The notes under the pieces are model-generated. The model saw only the letters and a program-made list of their open reading frames with translations. It was not told the origin of the DNA and made no database searches. 64,000 nt of DNA from the IMG/VR virus record IMGVR_UViG_3300028845_000223, positions 2,547 through 66,546 of that record; one strand, 5' to 3'. This DNA comes from a virus. This document shows positions 12,311 through 24,700 of the stretch, piece by piece (within the stretch, counting starts at the first letter, position 1; each line of letters starts with the position of its first letter). A program made the translations under genes and the position numbers.

Positions 12311-15300
12311 TTAAAGGTTATATAACTTCTTAATACAATCAACAAGTTCTTGATCGGGGTGGTCTGATTGTATTAGACCAATTTTAGATTGTTTTGTTTC
12401 GTGTTCTCTAAAATACCACTCGATTTCAAATTCTTCATCTTGATATATGTCAAACTGTAAAAGTTTGTTATTGGCAAAATAACTTAATCGAATTGATGGA
12501 TCAACACTATTTGAAAGAACTTCTTCAAATGGTTCTGCGCTTGGGTTGAACTGTCTTACAATACTCTCAACTTGTTCAATTTTTATTAGTATTTTTTTTG
12601 TTATTTCCATGACACATTTTTTCTTTTTTTATATATTAAAAATCGCGGGATTCTTGCAGTTCTTCAAACTCCAATCAATCCAAAACTCCAACCAAATCAA
12701 TCTAGCTAAAACATCATCAAATTTTGTGTCCATAAATCCTGGTACAGCGTTTGGATGCCTCGCGATCCAATTTGTTTTAGTTTCTTGAATCTTGGATAAG
12801 TGTTCTGGTTTTAAGATAAAACAACCTGGGTGTGCGCTCATAAGACCACATTTTTCATCAAAAAAGAAATCATTGAGTTCTGCTTTTTTAACAAAATCAT
12901 GCCATCCACCATAACTTGGGTGTCTGCCGTTTTTATTACTACTTAATGGATCGCCTGTAAAACTTGGAGCTACAGGCAAACATTTTTCGTGAACCCGAGG
13001 AATATACATTCCAGAGTATTTCTCTTTTTCAAGAACTGCTTCACCGATGTAGATACTGTATCCCATGTTTTTTATCTTTCTATAGCTGTTGAGTTCTTTT
13101 TTTGCCCACAATAAAAACACACCAATTCCGCATATTGATTGTTTACCACTTTTGATAATTCATAATCATGTCTTCCAAACTTACAGAGCTGTTTACTCAC
13201 TACAGGAATAGAACATGGATTAAACCTGTAAAAATTAATTGTTAAAACAATTTCTTCTATTTTTGATTTAAGTTTATCAATCATTCTATTCCAAGATATG
13301 TTTCATATGAATGAATTATTCTACAGTTGCTTCCAAAACCTTTGCAAGTTTCATGTCCAAGCGAACTGGAACATTTCCTGCTTCTGTGCCCACCAATAGC
13401 GGTAATGTTTTCAAACGGATCTAAACTTTCGCAATAAGAATTTATAATTTCAACTGTATGATTAGTTGAAAGATTCAAGTCTTTTTTACAAACCTGGTCC
13501 TGAAAAAGTGATATGTCTTTTACTTTATCCATTTTATTTTCTCTTTCTTACCACGCGAAACGAATATTCTTTTTTATAAGTTTTGGACTGATTTGTTCTT
13601 TTAATTCATCCGTCAAAATTTCATCTGACATAAGAGTCACTCCAGTTCTAAACAATTTTTTTGAAAGTGTGAAATCGTCCAATAAACTATTAACAAATGC
13701 ACTGTCGGCAAAATACGGCGCAGGACGACGGCATCTATAGCAATAACTTGTCGAAACAGGAATACAGAAACAAGTTAACTGTGCTTTCCTCATTTTGTAA
13801 TCATCGAGGTCTTCTGATCTCTTTTTTTGTATTTCGGCTAACCGACACAAAAGTCCAACGAAATTCTTTTCTTGCATTTCATCAAGATTTGGTATTAAAT
13901 GCCTGCAATCCTTTTCTCTTGCCCCAATCATATCCCAGCGTAACCAAAATCCATAATAACTTATTAGTGAGTTTCTTGAAATCCAATCCCACGCATAAAT
14001 ATTTTTATATGTTTTTACTTTATTTGTGGTCTCGCAAAATTCACCTTCAACAAGATAAACACTTGGAATAAAACCTTGTTTTACGGTAGAAAGCGCGGCG
14101 CCAGTAAAGTGTTTGTAAAACACCTTGTCTGAATTTTCTGTAATAAATCCATAAAACTGTTTCATTGTCTTATCCTATTGTTGTTTTTTGATTGATTTTA
14201 TTATTTCATACTCTTCTCTGGTTTCAAACCTAAGACGAGTACCTACTTCAGAAACCAATCCAAGCTCAACATATTTGTTAAAACCTTTATTACCAATATA
14301 TGATATAATCTTCTCCACAGACCAAGGTTTATCATTTACTCCTTTTTCAGAAGCCCAGTGAGTCATTCCAGAAGTTGTATGAACACAGATTTCTGAAATG
14401 TAGTTTCCAGAAACTCCTCTACCAAAATGAGCAGAACACCAACAATTTGGATTAGTCTTTAAACAAGAAAGATTCTTTTCGGCTTTATTTGAAATTATAC
14501 GTCTAAAATCAATTGGGCTCCAATATAAAACAACCTTGTTCACAGTGTGATTAAAACAATCTACCCCATTGAAAACATCTCCAGGTTTCAAATTCATCAT
14601 CCAAACAAAAATCAAAATCAATATAGTCTCCACCACCAATTCCAATGTCAGATTGAACCTCTCCCTCGAAACTATCATTTGTTTTTAAAAATTTAACCAC
14701 ACACACAAGTCAGATGTTTTTCCGTTAACATGGACAAGTCTTTCAGACTGGCACCTCATACACTTTTTATTCATTTAGATTCTCCTTTAGACGGTTGCCC
14801 CAACCATTCTTCAATCTTGGTTATAAGCTCGTCAAACCCACTGTAAAAAGCTTGTGTTGGATTCTGACTTGAAGAGAATGTGATTGACTCTGTTGCGGTT
14901 TTAGACGCGGCAACAAGCATGTAATCTGCCCCAACTTTGTTAAGTTTAAAATCATAAGAAATTCCATTCTCTAGAGAGAGTTCTCCAGTATATTTCAAAC
15001 GAACATTCTCATCTCCAACAAAATAAGAATCGTAATAAGGATCGTTAATCAGGTTATACAATTCTTGTAAAAATCCTTGGTCTGGATATTCCTCTTCTTT
15101 GTGAGCTTCAAACTCTTCTCGAATTCTTTTCCAAAATTTTTGCTGCTCTTTGGATAAAATCTTTAACTCGCTAATAAATGTTTCTATATGATTTCCATCG
15201 ACAGTATAAGATATTTCAGACGATTCGTTTCCTTGAACTAATAATGAATCTATGTTTTGAATGACTTCGCACTGAATATCGGAAATTTTCTTCACAGAAA

Positions 15301-15610
15301 ACTTCGCGCAACATTCCAACATGCCATAAAACTTAAATTCATTCTTTTGTTGTTCCATAGTTTATTCTTCTTTGTATTCGGGGCAGTCCTTGAGGAAACC
15401 TTGAGAAAAGGTTTTGCTTGCATCTTTCACTTCAATATAAATTCTTCTCCTATATGGTCCAACAGCATTACCAATTGTAATAGAAATAACTGAACCCGTA
15501 AAAAACATTCTTTGAGTTATACTTTTTCTTGACTGTATTTTTTCTTCGCCGTGAAAGAAAATACATAGAACGTCTTGTGTTTTATCATATGTTGTTTTAC
15601 AAAGCTGCAT
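12311..15610 (-). other. Hypothetical ORFs 12311-12610, 12629-13066, 13072-13284, 13281-13532, 13548-14165, 14175-14678, 14771-15358, 15362-15610
   Basis: Abutting co-oriented ORFs; several are Cys-rich; 14175-14678 is paralogous to 16623-17117. Confidence 0.7.
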
Positions 15611-15665
15611 TTTTATTTTGTTATCCTTTTTCTTTATTGACTATTTGCAATATTTTACATCAAAA

Positions 15666-16334
15666 TTAATATTCAATTTTTTCTTGATTTGAAGGTTGTG
15701 GTAATAAAGAAACACGAGTTCTTAAATTTAAAATATAACGAGGATATTCCACGGGCGGCAAAACTTCGTGAATTACTTGATTTCCATTTCCGAATCCTGG
15801 TGCCCTCAAAAACATTACTGTTCCAGACTGAGTTTCAAACTCATCTATCTGTTCAATAAAACTATAGTCTACTGGTTCTGTTAAAGACTTGTATATTTTT
15901 ATTTTGGCTTTACCACTTATCGTAAATGTCAGCGAAAGTTTCTTATCACTCCACCTATCTCTATGAGGAGAAATATAATCTTTCGGCGATCTATATTTCT
16001 GATATCCTATTTCATTTGGATACCAACCAGAAAGTTCAAAAAACTTTTCCAGACCATTTAGCTTCTTTAGTTGTTTGCAAAGAGCGTTTGCAATTGGAGT
16101 ATTAACATCTCCTAACATTGAATAATATCTTTCATGAGATTGTGTAACTTTATACGTTTTATTTTGATTTATTGGATTAATAATATGATTACCATATTCA
16201 AGTGGTAAAAATTTTACTTCTTTTAAAAGTTTTTCTATAAGGTCTGAATCTGTTTCATTTGAAAAACAATATCCATTTTCATATGTTTTTTGCAAACAGT
16301 CAACTATATCAAATCTTTCTGTAAAGACCTTCAT
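15666..16334 (-). CDS. 2OG-Fe(II) dioxygenase, AlkB-like
   Basis: YQKY...ISPHRD (HxD), distal H (VIHEV) and R-x5-R (RYILNLR). Confidence 0.8.
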   Translation of the reverse strand: MKVFTERFDIVDCLQKTYENGYCFSNETDSDLIEKLLKEVKFLPLEYGNHIINPINQNKTYKVTQSHERYYSMLGDVNTPIANALCKQLKKLNGLEKFFELSGWYPNEIGYQKYRSPKDYISPHRDRWSDKKLSLTFTISGKAKIKIYKSLTEPVDYSFIEQIDEFETQSGTVMFLRAPGFGNGNQVIHEVLPPVEYPRYILNLRTRVSLLPQPSNQEKIEY

Positions 16335-16622
16335 TCTAAGGTCGGTCGCTTTCTTTTTCTTCTGATTCAAGTTGTTCACAGCCATCGAGAAATTTTTGAG
16401 TAAATATATTCGAAGCACCTAAAAACTCAAGACCAACCAAAGTGCTAAACCCAGCAATTTTGGCATAATCAGCCATAAAAGAAACTCCTCCTGGGGTTTC
16501 CAACTCTTCTGTTTTTGAGACCTCATATCCGTTCACATGAGTCAAGTACAAATAAACCGCATCAGCAAGTTTATCGTATGTTGCCCTGTGAACCAGTTTT
16601 TTCTTTGTTGCCATTTTAGTTT

Positions 16623-17117
16623 CTACTTTCTTTTATGAGTTTTTGATTTACTGTAAAAACTTTCAATAAAGGCATTTTCTTCTTCTGTTGCCGAACGAAG
16701 TCTGTATCCGTTTTTATCAATAATTCCGAACTCAATCATTTTATCAACAACCGAACCTGATATTCCACCATCAAAATAATTCCTTATTTGTTCTATTGGC
16801 CACGCTGGTTCAATACAGCCTGTCTCCGAAATGGAATGTAACCATCCATCTGTTGTAAAAATATCAACGTCCAAAACGAACACACCTCCTGGGCATCGCC
16901 CAAACGATGCACGATTATCTTTAATGATTTTCATTCTTGGTGAGACTGTTTGCCATATAATTTTAATAGATTTTACGATATGATTCCAAGAATCATATGA
17001 GTTAATACCATCTCCAGGTTTTAGATTCATTGCCCAGACATAATCTTTTCTCTTTTGTTTAGAAAAGAGCCTATGGAAAACTCTATTTGTTGTTCCTCTA
17101 GTAAGTCTAGTTTTCAT
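16623..17117 (-). CDS. Hypothetical protein, paralog of 14175-14678
   Basis: Shared W-x-MNLKPGD-x-(F/I)N...NH and PW-x-(V/I)E-x-I motifs. Confidence 0.7.
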   Translation of the reverse strand: MKTRLTRGTTNRVFHRLFSKQKRKDYVWAMNLKPGDGINSYDSWNHIVKSIKIIWQTVSPRMKIIKDNRASFGRCPGGVFVLDVDIFTTDGWLHSISETGCIEPAWPIEQIRNYFDGGISGSVVDKMIEFGIIDKNGYRLRSATEEENAFIESFYSKSKTHKRK

Positions 17118-17720
17118 TCACTTTCTTTCCAGAACTGTTGAGTGAATAAATCCACCTAGTTTTGACAGATCAGAAACAACATGAAAACGATTCGAAAACA
17201 TTTTAATTGTTTCTCTGTCGATATTGCACCCAAATTCTTCCTTTGCTTTCTTTTCGACAAACTTCAAAAGAAGTTTCATAAAAAAACTTTCTGGTTTAAC
17301 ATGCTCAAGAAGTAGAATCTTTCCTTTTTCTGAAAGGACTCGATCCACCTCGTTCATAACTGTTTCTGGATTTCCAAATGTACAAAACCCAAGTTGGCAG
17401 ACAACAAAATCCATTGAGTTTGAAGGAATGTCAACCATTGATTCAACATCTGATTGAATTGGCTTAAATTGAATTCCGTGATACAAAGCTTTTCGTTTTG
17501 CCGCTTCTAATGCCTCAGAAGAAATATCAACTCCAGTAACTTCGCAGTCTTGTTCTTGATACAGTGACAAACCTTTGCCTGTCGAAACAGCGAGCTCAAG
17601 AACTTTTCCTTTAATTGGGCCAGCTGTTTCTTTCAGCTTTTGCCGCATAGGAGAAAACAAGTGTTTCTCGGCAAAGTCTGTTTTCTCATCATACGTTCCG
17701 TCTCTGTACACCTGTTTCAT
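17118..17720 (-). CDS. Class I SAM-dependent methyltransferase
   Basis: KVLELAVSTG, VTGVDIS, SMDFVV, LLLEH motifs. Confidence 0.85.
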   Translation of the reverse strand: MKQVYRDGTYDEKTDFAEKHLFSPMRQKLKETAGPIKGKVLELAVSTGKGLSLYQEQDCEVTGVDISSEALEAAKRKALYHGIQFKPIQSDVESMVDIPSNSMDFVVCQLGFCTFGNPETVMNEVDRVLSEKGKILLLEHVKPESFFMKLLLKFVEKKAKEEFGCNIDRETIKMFSNRFHVVSDLSKLGGFIHSTVLERK

Positions 17721-17799
17721 TACTTGTTTCCTTTGTTGATTGGTTTTGCTTCAAATGTTTTTAAGTTAACCAATATTTCTTCATTCGAATCAAAAAATT

Positions 17800-18255
17800 T
17801 TAACTTTTGCCATTTTGAAAAAATGACTTCTTTGTTTGGATTACTCCTTCAAATAAAAGTCTTTGATAGTCTTCAAAAGATTTGATTATGACTAAATTCG
17901 AATTTTTCGTTTTCAGCGAAACAACGCTAGGTTTACCGAGAATTGTACTACCAGTAGTAGAGTCAAAATGATAATTATTTTTTATTATATCAAATTGATT
18001 TTGAGAATCAAACCTTGTCACATTATAAAAAAATGGTCTAACTATTTGAAAAACTGGTTCTGCGCATCTTTCACAATAAGACTTAAACATCAGTAGATTA
18101 CACTGGCTATAAAACACAACGGCTGTATAATTTTGTAGATGATCGCCCCATTTTGTGCTAAACCTTTTATGTCCCAACAATCTACACAGCAAATGGCCTT
18201 TTGATTTTGGGGTTGAATCAGCCAAAACGAGACCAGTTTCTTGATTGCGGTACAT
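17800..18255 (-). CDS. Cys/His-containing protein (family with 37651-38151 and 59291-59797)
   Basis: LCRLLGHK...CERC, matching LACRLFGCK...CERC and FCKWFGCR...CAIC. Confidence 0.6.
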   Translation of the reverse strand: MYRNQETGLVLADSTPKSKGHLLCRLLGHKRFSTKWGDHLQNYTAVVFYSQCNLLMFKSYCERCAEPVFQIVRPFFYNVTRFDSQNQFDIIKNNYHFDSTTGSTILGKPSVVSLKTKNSNLVIIKSFEDYQRLLFEGVIQTKKSFFQNGKS

Positions 18256-18316
18256 GGTTGCCTCTGAGCGTAGGTATGCACTGATAGAGTAGCTGTAAAT
18301 CCCTAGAAGAAAACCA

Positions 18317-18765
18317 TTAGAAAAATTCGTTTTTTAGTGCTGTGAGACTATCAGACAGCAAGTTATTTTCGGTAACTTCTTTTAGTTCCCAATTTGCTGG
18401 TGCAATATCTGCGCGATAATTATAACTTTCTTCATCGCGATAGGGAAGAAAAAATACAGAAACAAGTTTTTTTCGTTTTAAACGATATTCATTGATACAT
18501 TTTTTTATTACTTTTCCGAGAGAAGTTTTTTGAAACTTGCTTGTTAAAGAATTAAACATATCAACCGTTTGAACTTTATCAAGTTCATTTAACATTTCTT
18601 TTATTTCGTTTTCGAAAACTAATTTTTGTTCTGGAGAGTCTACTGCGGGAGGCTTTAAACCCTCTTCTCGGAACTTTTCAAGAAAGTCTTTCCCCGCAAG
18701 AACTAATGCTTTTCAGATGTGAAAAGATGAACACCACTTTCAGGGTGAGATGTTAAAATGAACAT
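18317..18765 (-). CDS. Hypothetical protein split by a probable A-run assembly error near 18712
   Basis: MFILTSHPESGVHLFTSEK continues into ALVLAGKDF...MLNELD if one A is added. Confidence 0.55.
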
Positions 18766-18767
18766 AG

Positions 18768-19786
18768 TTAATGCCTAACAAACTTAAACCTTGTTTCTTT
18801 TAGGAGTTCTTCCTTTGGAGAAAATTCATGAATTTCAATGGAGTCAAGGCTAACTCCCCAATGTTTCCATTCTGGGCTAACTTCAACCTCTTCTGCCTTT
18901 TTGGTTGCAAGCTCTCTAGTTTCGTGTACTGATTCTAATTTAATATTTCCTTTAGTAGAGCTAAAGGAGTCATATTCTGTAAAGAATACTATTACTGCAT
19001 ATACATTTTCAGCTTCATAAATTTCTTTTGAAACTTCCACATCACCATATCCATCCTTAACAAAACTCTGTTTTCTCAAATGTTGAATATTATGAGTTAA
19101 AATTCTTGGTTTTCTTTCATAAGAACTACCCTTGCAACGTTCGCCGCCAGTTGAAGTAGTTTCACAAACCAAAGTCATGTAATATGAAAGTTCTTTTGAG
19201 TCACTTGTTTCTTTGTGCCGCTGCATTGAATTCCTTTTCCCATCTTTTCTTGTTTTCTTCTTCTAGTTTAATTGATTCTTCTGAACGAATCAATTTGCCA
19301 TTATCAAAATAATGATACCTAAAATCAGATATACAATGCGAGGCTGCGGTGGTAATATAGCCAATTTCTTCTTTAGAATAAGTTTTAGAAAGAAGGTCTC
19401 TATCAATTGCATGATTAAAACACTTTATCCCCTCCCAGGAAGCATGTTTGACAGGAAACCCATATGAAGCGAGTAGGTCTCTCAGTTTTTGTTTTTCCTC
19501 TTTTGGAAGACCAAAAACATCATATGGGATTAATTTAATATCAAGCTTTTCTTTTGGGAGAGAATCCATTTTTTTACTCCTTATTCTTTTTGCTGATTTT
19601 AGAGACGCCTGTTATGACTGCCCCGAACGCGGCATCCACAATCGAAGAAACAATGTTTCTTTCAATTCTCTTTACCGCTGTCTTCACAACCTTCTCCGCA
19701 AGCGAAGCAGGAATTGATTTTTTAGCTTTTGGTTTTGCCATTTTATTTCTTTTCTCTTTTTGGTTTATTGTTTTAGAGGATAGCAC
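18768..19786 (-). other. Hypothetical ORFs 18768-19226, 19201-19569, 19574-19747
   Basis: Abutting co-oriented ORFs. Confidence 0.65.
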
Positions 19787-19863
19787 AGGATTCGAACCTG
19801 TGGAACTCGTTAGAGTTCAGAAGTTTTCTAGACTTCCGCCTTAAACCGCTCGGCCAGCTATCC
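19777..19863 (-). tRNA. trnS: tRNA-Ser(AGA), class II
   Basis: GGATAGC/GCTATCC acceptor, GAAGT-CTAGAAA-ACTTC anticodon arm, long variable arm GAACTC-TAAC-GAGTTC. Confidence 0.8.
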
Positions 19864-19907
19864 ATTATTTTACTATTATAATTTAACTAGTTTTATTTTG
19901 CAGTAGC

Positions 19908-20572
19908 TTACATAAGTTTTTGAATAATTGCCAAACAAATTTTTATATGTTTATTTAAATCGACTGGATCTGGATCGCCAGAAATAAACCGAAATATTTT
20001 TCCTGTTTCTAGTTTAAATTCAAGAATATTATCTTCTGCAACTCTTATATAAACAATATTTTTATATGCAAATTTTTGATCAAAACCATCCTTTCCGTCA
20101 AATAACATTTCCTTTTCAAAAAGTTTTAGATTGCCATGTTTAACATCATAATTATTTCTTAGTTCTCTTTTGAGAGAACCATTAAATTCTCCATATAGTT
20201 TTTTGGTACCATATTTTATGGGTTCTAAAACCAAACCATTAATTTTCTCTTTAATCTTGTTTTCTTTTTCTTGTTGTTTCTTTATTTTTTCCTGTAAAAT
20301 TTTATTTTTAATCTTTCGTCTTTCTTCTTTAAGAGAATCAAAATTTGAAAATTCAACTCTAGTCGCATTTGAAATCTTCTTCGTTTTAATAGATTCCCAC
20401 AATAAATACACCTTGTCTTCCAAGAAAGGATCTTGTTTTGAAGAACATATCAAACCTATCAATTGTTCTTCTTTCATTTTTAAAACTTTTTTATTTATGA
20501 AATAACCATCTATTTCTTTAACAACGAATAATACGATACCAATACTAATCCAATCAAAATCATCAGTTCCAT
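19908..20572 (-). CDS. Membrane-anchored coiled-coil protein (probable assembly frameshift near 20518)
   Basis: MELMILIGLVLVSYYSLLK joins EIDGYFINKK... if one A is added. Confidence 0.5.
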
Positions 20573-20594
20573 GTTTTATCTTCTTTCTTGTTAG

Positions 20595-20738
20595 ATGTTG
20601 CCCCCACACTCCCACCATAAGCACGACGTCGGCGCGCACAATCCCCCGCAGGACAATCTTAGATTAATTCTGGTTCGCCCGCTGCGAGGGCTCAAGGGAC
20701 TCGACAGACATGTCGGCGGGTGTTTTAGCCGCGAACCA
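20595..20738. ncRNA. GC-rich structured RNA candidate
   Basis: GC-rich island; TGGTTCGC/GCGAACCA closing stem, nested CCGCTG/CGGCGG and CGAG/CTCG helices. Confidence 0.45.
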
Positions 20739-21033
20739 AATTGGTCACATATCCAGTTGAATAATCATAAACTTTAACTGTCTCAATGTATTTTTCGCCA
20801 AGTAAATCATAAACAAGTGCAACCTCTTTTTCTTTGCAACCTTCAACAACCGCAGAAGCTCGATCTTCGCAAACATCTCTTGTTAAAATAGTACAAGCTT
20901 CTTTGTTATTGTTTGCTGATAAAATTTCTAATTGAAAATCCATTTCATCTGCTTCTTTTTTAAGATCATTATAGGTGATTTTTTTATCCTTGAGTTTTTT
21001 GAGAAGAGTTTCGAATTTTTCGGTGTTTGTCAT
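20725..21033 (-). CDS. Hypothetical protein
   Basis: 102-aa ORF co-oriented with neighbours. Confidence 0.6.
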   Translation of the reverse strand: MTNTEKFETLLKKLKDKKITYNDLKKEADEMDFQLEILSANNNKEACTILTRDVCEDRASAVVEGCKEKEVALVYDLLGEKYIETVKVYDYSTGYVTNLVRG

Positions 21034-21091
21034 TTGGAACTCACTTTCTTTGTTATGTTTGACAGTTATGTCCTCATACTTATTTTCTGTA

Positions 21092-21703
21092 ATGAACCTT
21101 TTTAATATAATCTTCGAAAAACTCTCTGTAAATACGGAGGCAAAAGTTTTGTCTCAGGTTCTAGCTAAAAAATCCTCTCATAAAGAAGTTCTTGAATTTT
21201 GTTCTTCTAGGTTTCCATTAATTGGTGAAGGCTTTTCGAGAAAAGTATTTGATGCTGGGGAAGGTATTGTTATTAAAGTTGCCGCGACTGAATTTAACAC
21301 AAACCAAAACAAAAGAGAAATCGAACTAAAAGAAACTTGCCACGCAGACAAGTATTTTACAAAAATTTTCTCATATGATTTAGTTGGTTTCATTTGGTTG
21401 ATTGCGGAAAAACTAAAACCTGTAGCGTCAGAAGAAGAATTTCGCGAAATAATTTTAACCAAACTTAAAGGAATTGATTCGGAAGTTTTTAGAGCAATCC
21501 AAATAAACAAAAATCCTTCTGATACTTTTATTGGTGTTGTAATCGAAGTTATGAACAAAGACAATGATTTTAAGGTTAATCGTTGGCTTGCGAATTTTTG
21601 CGAAGTTTTAAATAGTTGCAAAATTGATCCAAGTGACTTTACTCCAGAAAATTGGGGAATCCGTTCAAATGGTGAACTTGTTGTTTTGGATTATGGCTTA
21701 TGA
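21092..21703 (+). CDS. Protein kinase-like (PKL fold) protein, counter-oriented
   Basis: IGEGFSRKVF (Gly loop), VIKVA (Lys), QNKREI (Glu), DFTPENWG and VVLDYG motifs. Confidence 0.75.
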   Translation: MNLFNIIFEKLSVNTEAKVLSQVLAKKSSHKEVLEFCSSRFPLIGEGFSRKVFDAGEGIVIKVAATEFNTNQNKREIELKETCHADKYFTKIFSYDLVGFIWLIAEKLKPVASEEEFREIILTKLKGIDSEVFRAIQINKNPSDTFIGVVIEVMNKDNDFKVNRWLANFCEVLNSCKIDPSDFTPENWGIRSNGELVVLDYGL

Positions 21704-24700
21704 GGATAAAAGTTATCTTCAACGCATTCGTTTACTTTAAGCCTTGTCAAGAATACTTTTCCTAAATCATAAGAATATCGATTGTCCCCTGTTGTGATTC
21801 TTTTAAAGAATTCTTGATAAGCCTTTAAAGAATGATCAAGTTTATTTAACTGCCAAAGATGTTTAGAAGCAGTTTCTATCTCCTTTTGCATTTCTAAATT
21901 TATAGAATTATTTTCTTCTTCAGAAAGAGTATTTGCGAATCCACTTTCTCCTCGAAGATTTTTTTCGTTGTTTTCAATACAGTTTTCAAAATATTTTTGG
22001 GTGTATTCTTTTAAATAATCAAGGGCGAATAACTCGGAAGAAAAAACACCAAGAAAGGTAATGCTATAATAAGCAGCGGGGCAAACATGAAGGGCATAAA
22101 AATCAGATTCCATTAGCTTTTGTACTTTCCAGACACGTTACTTGTGTTTTTCAACACTTCATTAATTCTATGTCGAACTATAGCATAGTCTTCCATTCCA
22201 CCACTTATAGTTTTAATAAACTCTCTTAAAGAGTCTTGAGTGGGAGAAAGTGTTTTCAGTTTTTCTAAATCTCTTTTTATAGAATCAATAGAAAGATATG
22301 ATAATTCTGATTCAAATTCAGTTGAGTTATTATTTGTAATTTGTGCTTCATGTTCCAGAATTGCCTTTTCAATTTTTCTTTGATAGAAATCTTTAAGGTA
22401 ATCCAAAACAAACAACTCAGATGAAAATGTTCCTATAAAAGAAATTGTTTTATTGGCGTTAAGCATAAAAAGTGAATAAAGTTCAGACTCCATGATTATT
22501 TCCTTTCATTTTTCTTTTTGGTCTAAAATTTTATCAACGTGTTCTTCGTGTGCTTTTAATGTTTTATCAATAAAATTTTTAAACTCTTCGAGCTGCCTAA
22601 CACCTAGAATAATATCTTCGTAATGCCCGTATTTTTGAGGAGTCCCAAACAAGATATATTTTATTCCATACCAAAGTCTTTTATGAAATGGAAGTTTGTT
22701 TAAACTAACAGAAAGTATAACTTGTAGAGGAAGAACTTCAGATTCATAAAAATCTAAAACGACTAAATGATTAAGGTCGCCGCATCTACACGTTAGATAT
22801 GCTTTTTCATCTTCCATGTCTTGAAAAGCTTTTTCTTTCATTTTTTTATCATTCCTCTTCTTCAATGTCTTCTTCGTCAATGTCTTTTTTAAAATATTCT
22901 TGAAGGGACCTTGCTATTCTCGAAGAATGGCAGTAATACCAAGTATTGGTTTCTTGATCTAGCCAGTATTGGTATTCTTCCCCAATACTTTTATATTCGT
23001 CAAGAGATGAATATGTTGCAGCTTCAACATCTTGTTCGCCGCGATCAACATAATATACAGAACTTTCAGGAGATTCTCCTAGAGAAGACATATCCCCTTT
23101 CAACATAAGGGATTCAACTTTTTCAACTGAATTATAAAACTCCAAAAGTTTACTTCCGACTTCATCTGGATAGCCGTCCCAATGACAATAAACGGCTTTT
23201 ACTGTGCCGTCTTTATAAAGAACTCCGATTCTTGATCTTGTTGCCATGTTTTTTCTCTTTCTTTTTTCTGATTACTTCAATTTCTGATTTGTCTTCGCAA
23301 TATATACTTTCATATGGTGGCGGTGCTCGAAAACCTCCGCACGAACCATCCCCACACATACACATAACACCGCGACCTAAATGACAAGGGCAGTCACAAG
23401 GTTTAGGACCATCAAAACTTTTTGTATTTGCTGTTTCCACATACGAGTGAGATTGTTTTTCTGAACAATCAACAGATTGAATTTTTTTCATAACCTCAAC
23501 CATATGAAATATTCTGCTTATGTCAACAAGCCGCAATAATTTTACCAATTACTTTTTTGAAAACAGGAACACCTTTGTAATTGATTTCCTTGAAAGGAAA
23601 AGATTCCATGTCTTTTTTGGTTTCGAAATAAACAACAAACCCAAGATCCCCTTCGGAACATTCGGATTTACTATCTAAATCAACTCCAATCCCGCAACCA
23701 TTTGAATATTCAGACACATTATATTCTTTCATGAATTCTTCATGAAGTTCTTTTAACTTCTCTTTGTTTTGCATTGTTTTTTCTGCCTCTCAAAAACCTT
23801 CGTTTATATAAATTTCTTTAACACTAAAACTAAACCATCCAACTTGGCTAACAGCTGTCTGAAAATCAGAAATCGTGCTAATTTTGGTTATATCATCAAA
23901 AATTGCCAACTTAGATTCTTTATCTTTTTGATCCAAACGGTTTGCAAATTTTTTGTATTCTTCAATAAGAGCTTCAAGAGCATGAGACTCAGAAGAAAAA
24001 ATCCTTCTTCGCTCTTCGCTTAATGGAAATCGATCTCCAGACAAATAAATTTCATCAAGTGTTACAAGAAAAGCATGTTCTCTTGAAGTTTCGGTTGATT
24101 TATGAAGAGGACACCAGTGGGGTGTTTGTATCTTGTCCCGCCATTCAACAGCTCCAGCAATCTTTTTATCTTCTGCTGCAATACAGATCCAGTCAACCAT
24201 TCTATCCCATCCATCAGAACTAAAAGGATTTGTTTCTACTTTATTTGGACAAGAAGAACATTCGATCTTTAATACAGGAAGTTTTTTAGATGCCGAAGCC
24301 ATTATGTTTGTTCCTTCTGTTTTGGAGTAAGAGGACATTTTCTCTAGTGTAAGACCTCCGCAGGTCGAATCAACCCAAGATCGGATTTGTTTATTCTTTT
24401 GGTTTTTCTTGAGACCTTATTAATGCAAACAATGCATCATACTCAAGTTTTTGTTTGTAAGCAGGATTTTTATTCATTTCAATTCTTTCCTCAAAGTGTT
24501 TGCATCCAACTTTAGCGGCAGCCTCCATAAACTTTTCTCTTACAATCAACTCTTTCCTAAGAACATATCCTTTTGCTGTAATTGGATCTCTAACAGATTC
24601 ATTCTTTTCCCCTCTAGCCTCTAAAATTTCACCAAGCTCTTTATATGTCACCTCAACACAAATCTTGCACCTTATGCAAGCATACCTAATTCCATCTTTT

